Source of the DNA: an uncultured Chloroflexia bacterium | GTDB taxonomy: Bacteria > Chloroflexota > Anaerolineae > JAAYZQ01 | NCBI GenBank assembly: GCA_963700285.1 | Contig: CAVOXA010000005.1 | Span: forward strand, 64,001-128,000 | Reading direction: 5' to 3' | DNA: 64,000 bases | Part shown: positions 59,732-64,000 of the stretch, piece after piece | Layout of the letters: every line of letters starts with the position of its first letter | Position numbering within the stretch: position 1 is the stretch's first letter | Notes under the pieces: model-generated | The model's input: the letters and a program-made list of their open reading frames with translations, nothing else | The model's database searches: none | Told to the model about the DNA's origin: nothing | Made by a program: the position numbers and the translations under genes

Positions 59732-61698
59732 TGTCTTGGCGGCGACAGAGCCTCCGCCGGCGGGATCTGTGGTTGCCGGCGGCGATCCTTCTGCTGGCAA
59801 CGTTGCTGCGCGTCTGCTGGCCCAGGCTGACCGAATTCAAGTTCAGCGAGGCGCGATTGCAGGCGCTTGCGCTCGAGCTTACACGCGGTGGGAATCTCCC
59901 TCTGGTTGGCGTGCCCTCGTCCGCCGGTTTTGATCACTCGCCGCTGAGCGTCTATCTCTACGCCCCAGCCTTTCTTTTCAGCTCCAGTCCCATCCCGGCG
60001 ACCATCTATGGCGGGCTCGCGGGTGTGGCGGCCGTGGCACTGTGCTGGTGGCTGGCGCGCAGGTGGCCTGGGGGTGGACGATGGGCGGCGCTTATTGCCG
60101 CGCTGCTCTTTGCCGTGAGTCCTTGGGCGGTGGCCTTCAGCCGCAAGATCTGGCAGGTGGCCTTTGTTCCCCTGCTGGCGCTTGTCTTTGTGGGTCTGAT
60201 CGTTTCCTCCCTCATCCAGGGCCGCCGCTGGAACCTGACCTGGTCCCTGGTAGTTCTGTCCCTCTTGGTTCAAGTGCACCCCTCGGCTGTATCGCTAGGC
60301 CTGGCCCTGTTGATATGGCTCATTGTCTTCAGACGGCAGGTCAAGCTGGCCCCCCTCCTGGCGGGTGTGAGCCTCGGTGTACTTGCGGCGTTGCCTTTTA
60401 TTGCCCATCAGATGCAGAGCGGCTGGCCTGTACTGGCTGCTTTGGGCTCCCTCCCTGAGCCGGCGTGGGATCTGGGGGCTGTACGCCTGGCCTGGGAGGC
60501 AATCACTGGGCGCGGTATCCATGCCCTGGCCGGCGATGCCTACCCGTTTCTGAAGTTGGTGCCACAGCTTGGCTGGACCTTCAATCTGATCGGCTGGCTG
60601 GCCGTGGGATCTGGCCTGTGGCTGATCTGGAGGCTGCTCGCTGATTGGCGCTCTGAAGATGCCGAGAGGAGCCAGGCTGCCCGCGTCGATCTCGTGCTCC
60701 TTTCGTGGCTGGTGGTCCCCATCATCTTTAACCTGCGGCATAGCCTGGATCTTTACCTGCATTTCTTTGCCCTGGTGATGCCTGCCGCCTACATACTCAT
60801 TGGCAGGACAGGCCAGGACCTTTTCCGGCGATCTGAGGCAAGTGTACAGGGTGTTCTGAGGGTTGGCGCAGTTGTTGTGCTGGGGTTGTTGGTCGTAGGT
60901 CAGGTGGCGGCCCTGGGCATGATGGCCCGCTTTGTGGCGACCCATGACACGCCTGGCGGGTTTGAACGGCCTCTGGGGCGCTACCTGGACGTTGCCGGCG
61001 AAGCAGTGGCAGCGGCCGCTGACTCTGAAGCCGTTGAAGTACTTGTGGTGGGACCGGGCGATTCGCCGGTCGTGGACGAGACGCCCGCCATTTTCGATGT
61101 TCTTCTGCGGGGTCGGGTTCCCTATCGCTTGGTGGATGGGGAATCGGCGGCGGTCTTTCCCCCGCATCGAGCGCTGGCGCTCGTGGTCCCGGAAGCTGGG
61201 CAGGCTGCAGAGTGGTATCTACCCTGGTTGGATTCCGAGTTGCCAGACGGGTTTTGGCTGGCGGCGCTAGATGGTTCGTGGCCGGAAGATGCGCTGGAGC
61301 CCGTGGCCGGACCGCGCCTGTTCCAGAACGGTATAGAGGTGCAGGGCTATACCTGGCAGGGCGACGCTGCCAGTGGCCAGGTGCGCGCCTGGCTGCTGTG
61401 GCAGGTGCTGTGGCAGAGTCCCGATGATACCCACTTTTTCGTCCAACTACTGGACGACCAAGTACGGCCCCTGGGACAACAGGATGGTGATGGTTACCCG
61501 GCTGCCTACCGGGCGAAGGGTGACCGGATCATCAGCAAATTTGACATAAGTTTTCACGAAACACAAACGCAAGCTCTGTACTGGTTGCGTACAGGCCAAT
61601 ACCTGTTCCCCGAGGTGGTCAATGTGCCCGTGATTGATGGGGCGGGCACTCCTGTTGGAGATGTGGTCCACCTCGGGCCTCTGTCTGAGGGACCTTAG
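59728..61698 (+). CDS. GT-C-like membrane protein with C-terminal extracytoplasmic beta domain
   Basis: EFKFSEA, FSRKIW, multiple TMs, HFFVQLLD...QQDG domain. Confidence 0.75.
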   Translation: MMSWRRQSLRRRDLWLPAAILLLATLLRVCWPRLTEFKFSEARLQALALELTRGGNLPLVGVPSSAGFDHSPLSVYLYAPAFLFSSSPIPATIYGGLAGVAAVALCWWLARRWPGGGRWAALIAALLFAVSPWAVAFSRKIWQVAFVPLLALVFVGLIVSSLIQGRRWNLTWSLVVLSLLVQVHPSAVSLGLALLIWLIVFRRQVKLAPLLAGVSLGVLAALPFIAHQMQSGWPVLAALGSLPEPAWDLGAVRLAWEAITGRGIHALAGDAYPFLKLVPQLGWTFNLIGWLAVGSGLWLIWRLLADWRSEDAERSQAARVDLVLLSWLVVPIIFNLRHSLDLYLHFFALVMPAAYILIGRTGQDLFRRSEASVQGVLRVGAVVVLGLLVVGQVAALGMMARFVATHDTPGGFERPLGRYLDVAGEAVAAAADSEAVEVLVVGPGDSPVVDETPAIFDVLLRGRVPYRLVDGESAAVFPPHRALALVVPEAGQAAEWYLPWLDSELPDGFWLAALDGSWPEDALEPVAGPRLFQNGIEVQGYTWQGDAASGQVRAWLLWQVLWQSPDDTHFFVQLLDDQVRPLGQQDGDGYPAAYRAKGDRIISKFDISFHETQTQALYWLRTGQYLFPEVVNVPVIDGAGTPVGDVVHLGPLSEGP

Positions 61699-61701
61699 CC
61701 G

Positions 61702-63207
61702 ATGCTATCCAGTCTGCCAATGCAGCCCTGGCTTCTGGTCGGGCTACTTTTCTTCAGTCTGGTGGTGACGCTGTCAACCAGTTGGCTGATGGCGCGGGTA
61801 CAAGGAACCTCGCGCTCCACCGTTACCCTGGGCGTTGTTCTGGCAGCGCTTCTTTGGATGTTGATCCTCTTTGCCGCTGGCCTGGTCGCCGCGCGCTACA
61901 TCGAGCGGGCGGACAACGGGCTTGTGTACTGGCTTGCCTATGGAGCGGTTGCTGTTGTCCTTTCCCTAGTCCGCGCTCTCCTCTACAACCGCCACAGGGA
62001 GCAACCCGCGCAGCGGCCCGGGCCAACCGGTCCTGTATGGGCGCGTAGCACGGTATGGCAGCTCAACTATCTGCTTTTTGCCGCAGTTCTGTATCTGGCA
62101 CTTGCCTGGCTAGCTGGCCGGTACCTTGAGCCGATTCTGTTGATCCCCCTGGCCATCGGGGCGCTGCTGCCTGGCTTGGATTCCGAACGTTCCTGGCTTG
62201 GCAGGCTTCTGCCTTTCGTCTCCCGCCGCCTTGAGGCTCGCTTCGGGCAGCCGCATGTCCTGCACAGCTTGGGCGCGAGTCTTCTGGTCGCGGTTATCAT
62301 GCTGCCACTCGCCCTGATCGCCGGTTGGGGCGCCTGGGCGCTGATGCTTTTGGGCTATGTGTCACATCTGATCCTGGACTTGCTCAGGCCGGATGGACTC
62401 ATGTTGCTCTGGCCTGTGACCCGCAAGCGCTTTGCGATTTTTGGCCGATCGGTCGCTGCGCTGGCTAGCGGGTTCGAGACCAAGCTTTTGTTGGGACTGG
62501 CTGCCATTGCCTTGTTTCTCCTATTCTTTGTAGATGTGGGCCGGCCACCGCCGCAACCTGCTCCAGTGCCGAGCTACGCCCAGACCCTCGATCGATACTA
62601 TGCCCTGCGTGGGCGGAACCAGGTGGTCGCCGCGGTGGAGGGAACCTGGCAGGCCACCGGGCGACGGATCACCGATCGCTTTGAGGTTCTCAATGCCGCT
62701 GGCGAGTCCTTTGTCATGCTCGACCGCTTCACAGGTAAGGTCTTTTCGGCAGGGCGGGGGGCCGCCGACAACCTGTACCTGAACAGCATCAGGCTGCAAG
62801 AGGGGCCGCCAATCCGCATCCAGGCGGTGGAGGTGCAGCTTCAAGACCAGACATTGGTCGATGCCCTACCCGCCATCTATCAGATGGAACGGGAGCCAGG
62901 ATTGCAGCACATCTACGTCTCGGGGGACGTCATTCTGCCCCCAGGCCCTGCTGGTGCTGAGCCGCCTCTGGCTGCCAGCCAGGCGCAGACCAGTTTGCGC
63001 CATATCCAGCCAAGTGATGGGGACCCGACAAATAGACACTACCGGCTTCAGTACTTGACCGCGCCCAATCTGATCGACCTGGCCCACGTTCAGGTAGAGA
63101 TGGCAGATCTGGTCATCGTCGCTACCTACGTTCCAGACGCCTCCGGGCCAACGCCTACACCGTTGCCCACCCCACTGCTTCAGCCAACGGTCGAGGTCAA
63201 GCCATGA
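61702..63207 (+). CDS. Membrane metal-dependent hydrolase (YdjM-like) with extracytoplasmic C-domain
   Basis: GALLPGLD, HVLHSL and SHLILDLL motifs. Confidence 0.7.
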   Translation: MLSSLPMQPWLLVGLLFFSLVVTLSTSWLMARVQGTSRSTVTLGVVLAALLWMLILFAAGLVAARYIERADNGLVYWLAYGAVAVVLSLVRALLYNRHREQPAQRPGPTGPVWARSTVWQLNYLLFAAVLYLALAWLAGRYLEPILLIPLAIGALLPGLDSERSWLGRLLPFVSRRLEARFGQPHVLHSLGASLLVAVIMLPLALIAGWGAWALMLLGYVSHLILDLLRPDGLMLLWPVTRKRFAIFGRSVAALASGFETKLLLGLAAIALFLLFFVDVGRPPPQPAPVPSYAQTLDRYYALRGRNQVVAAVEGTWQATGRRITDRFEVLNAAGESFVMLDRFTGKVFSAGRGAADNLYLNSIRLQEGPPIRIQAVEVQLQDQTLVDALPAIYQMEREPGLQHIYVSGDVILPPGPAGAEPPLAASQAQTSLRHIQPSDGDPTNRHYRLQYLTAPNLIDLAHVQVEMADLVIVATYVPDASGPTPTPLPTPLLQPTVEVKP

Positions 63208-64000
63208 CCAGGGCTTCCATTCTTTATGCGGTTTTTGTCGGAGTTGTCCTCTTGCTGGTGGTGCTCGCTTTTGTACCCATCCTGGCCAGCGATCTCTTTC
63301 GCCAGCCCTACCATTCCTTGTGGCCCACCATCAACCGCACCCTAGCCCGGCTGCGCATCGACTACAATCCTCCCGGTGGTGGGATACCGCCGCGCTATCC
63401 TTCCTGGCGCGATCCGGCCGACGCTTTTCTGTTCTTCCGCGAGTTGACGCTCACTACGGCCGATGGCGTTGACCTGAATGCATGGTACGTACCAGCCCAA
63501 GAGACCGGTGCCCCCACCGTCCTGCTGACTCATGGCCTCTTGGGTAACAAGTGGCTTTTTCTGCGGCTGGTGCCGTGGCTGCACGACGCAGGTTATAATG
63601 TGATGCTTTTCGACTTCCGGGGACATGGTCAGAGCGATGATATGCCGACGACGGTTGGTCGCCGCGAGGTCCTGGACGTTCAGGCGGCGCTGGATTGGTT
63701 GGAGGATGAGGGTGCCGGCGACCGTGTCGTGGGACTGGGGACCAGCCTCGGCGCCGTGGCCCTGGTCAATACCGCCGTGCGAGATGATCGCCTGGATGCC
63801 CTCATTTTGGATAGCATGTTCGCCGAGTGGAGCGATGTGGATTATGCCAAGGACTACCGGCTGCCGCCTGAATGGCTAGTGCCCGACGTGCCGACTCCCG
63901 AGGATCTGCTGCCGCAGATCCACGTGCCGGTCTTTGTCATCCACGGGACGGCGGATCTGCTGACCAGTGTAGATCATGCCTACCGCGTTTACGCGGCCGC
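63204..64000 (+). CDS. Membrane-anchored alpha/beta hydrolase (runs off the window; absent from the ORF track)
   Basis: ATG 63204 overlaps the previous stop; THG, FDFRGHGQS, GTSLG, IHGTAD. Confidence 0.85.
   Translation, partial: MTRASILYAVFVGVVLLLVVLAFVPILASDLFRQPYHSLWPTINRTLARLRIDYNPPGGGIPPRYPSWRDPADAFLFFRELTLTTADGVDLNAWYVPAQETGAPTVLLTHGLLGNKWLFLRLVPWLHDAGYNVMLFDFRGHGQSDDMPTTVGRREVLDVQAALDWLEDEGAGDRVVGLGTSLGAVALVNTAVRDDRLDALILDSMFAEWSDVDYAKDYRLPPEWLVPDVPTPEDLLPQIHVPVFVIHGTADLLTSVDHAYRVYAA

Noticed and set aside
1-64000. CRISPR array, tRNA, rRNA, prophage
   Set aside because: No regularly spaced repeats, cloverleafs or phage genes seen by eye; short RNAs could have been missed

Overview
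GC-rich (roughly 60% by eye) bacterial window. Its gene content points to an anaerobic Chloroflexota (Anaerolineae-like) organism; this is inference from the GT-C/O-antigen-ligase-like arrays, Pro/Thr-rich lipoproteins, sortase, cooC and [FY][LI]P[LI] motifs. In order it carries: a lysophospholipase, FtsX-type permease and patatin; a guanidino-chemistry cluster (StrB1-like amidinotransferase, DDAH-like hydrolase, M20 amidohydrolase, class I GATase); a NarL-type two-component system; a 5'-truncated IS110 transposase abutting a larC remnant; a MarR-controlled heterodimeric ABC exporter; pstSCAB1B2-phoU; CDGSH protein, sulfatase and clostripain; a divergent sortase/substrate pair; tgt, uppP, Rrf2-PucC-like MFS, osmC, birA; and a long surface-glycosylation region. 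Best leads: (1) an unannotated selenoprotein, a peroxiredoxin-glutaredoxin fusion with TGA at the peroxidatic position (42440) and a SECIS-like hairpin; (2) the StrB1-like/DDAH-like/M20 cluster; (3) a PstB1/PstB2 pair whose degenerate motifs map to one composite ATP site; (4) a glycoside-hydrolase/O-antigen-ligase fusion apparently lacking its nucleophile; (5) several predicted leaderless genes. Many genes at 0.8-3.2, 12.6-16.3 and 19.5-22.6 kb carry single-base frameshifts that look like read errors. No rRNA, tRNA or CRISPR array was seen. All family calls come from motif recognition, not database searches.
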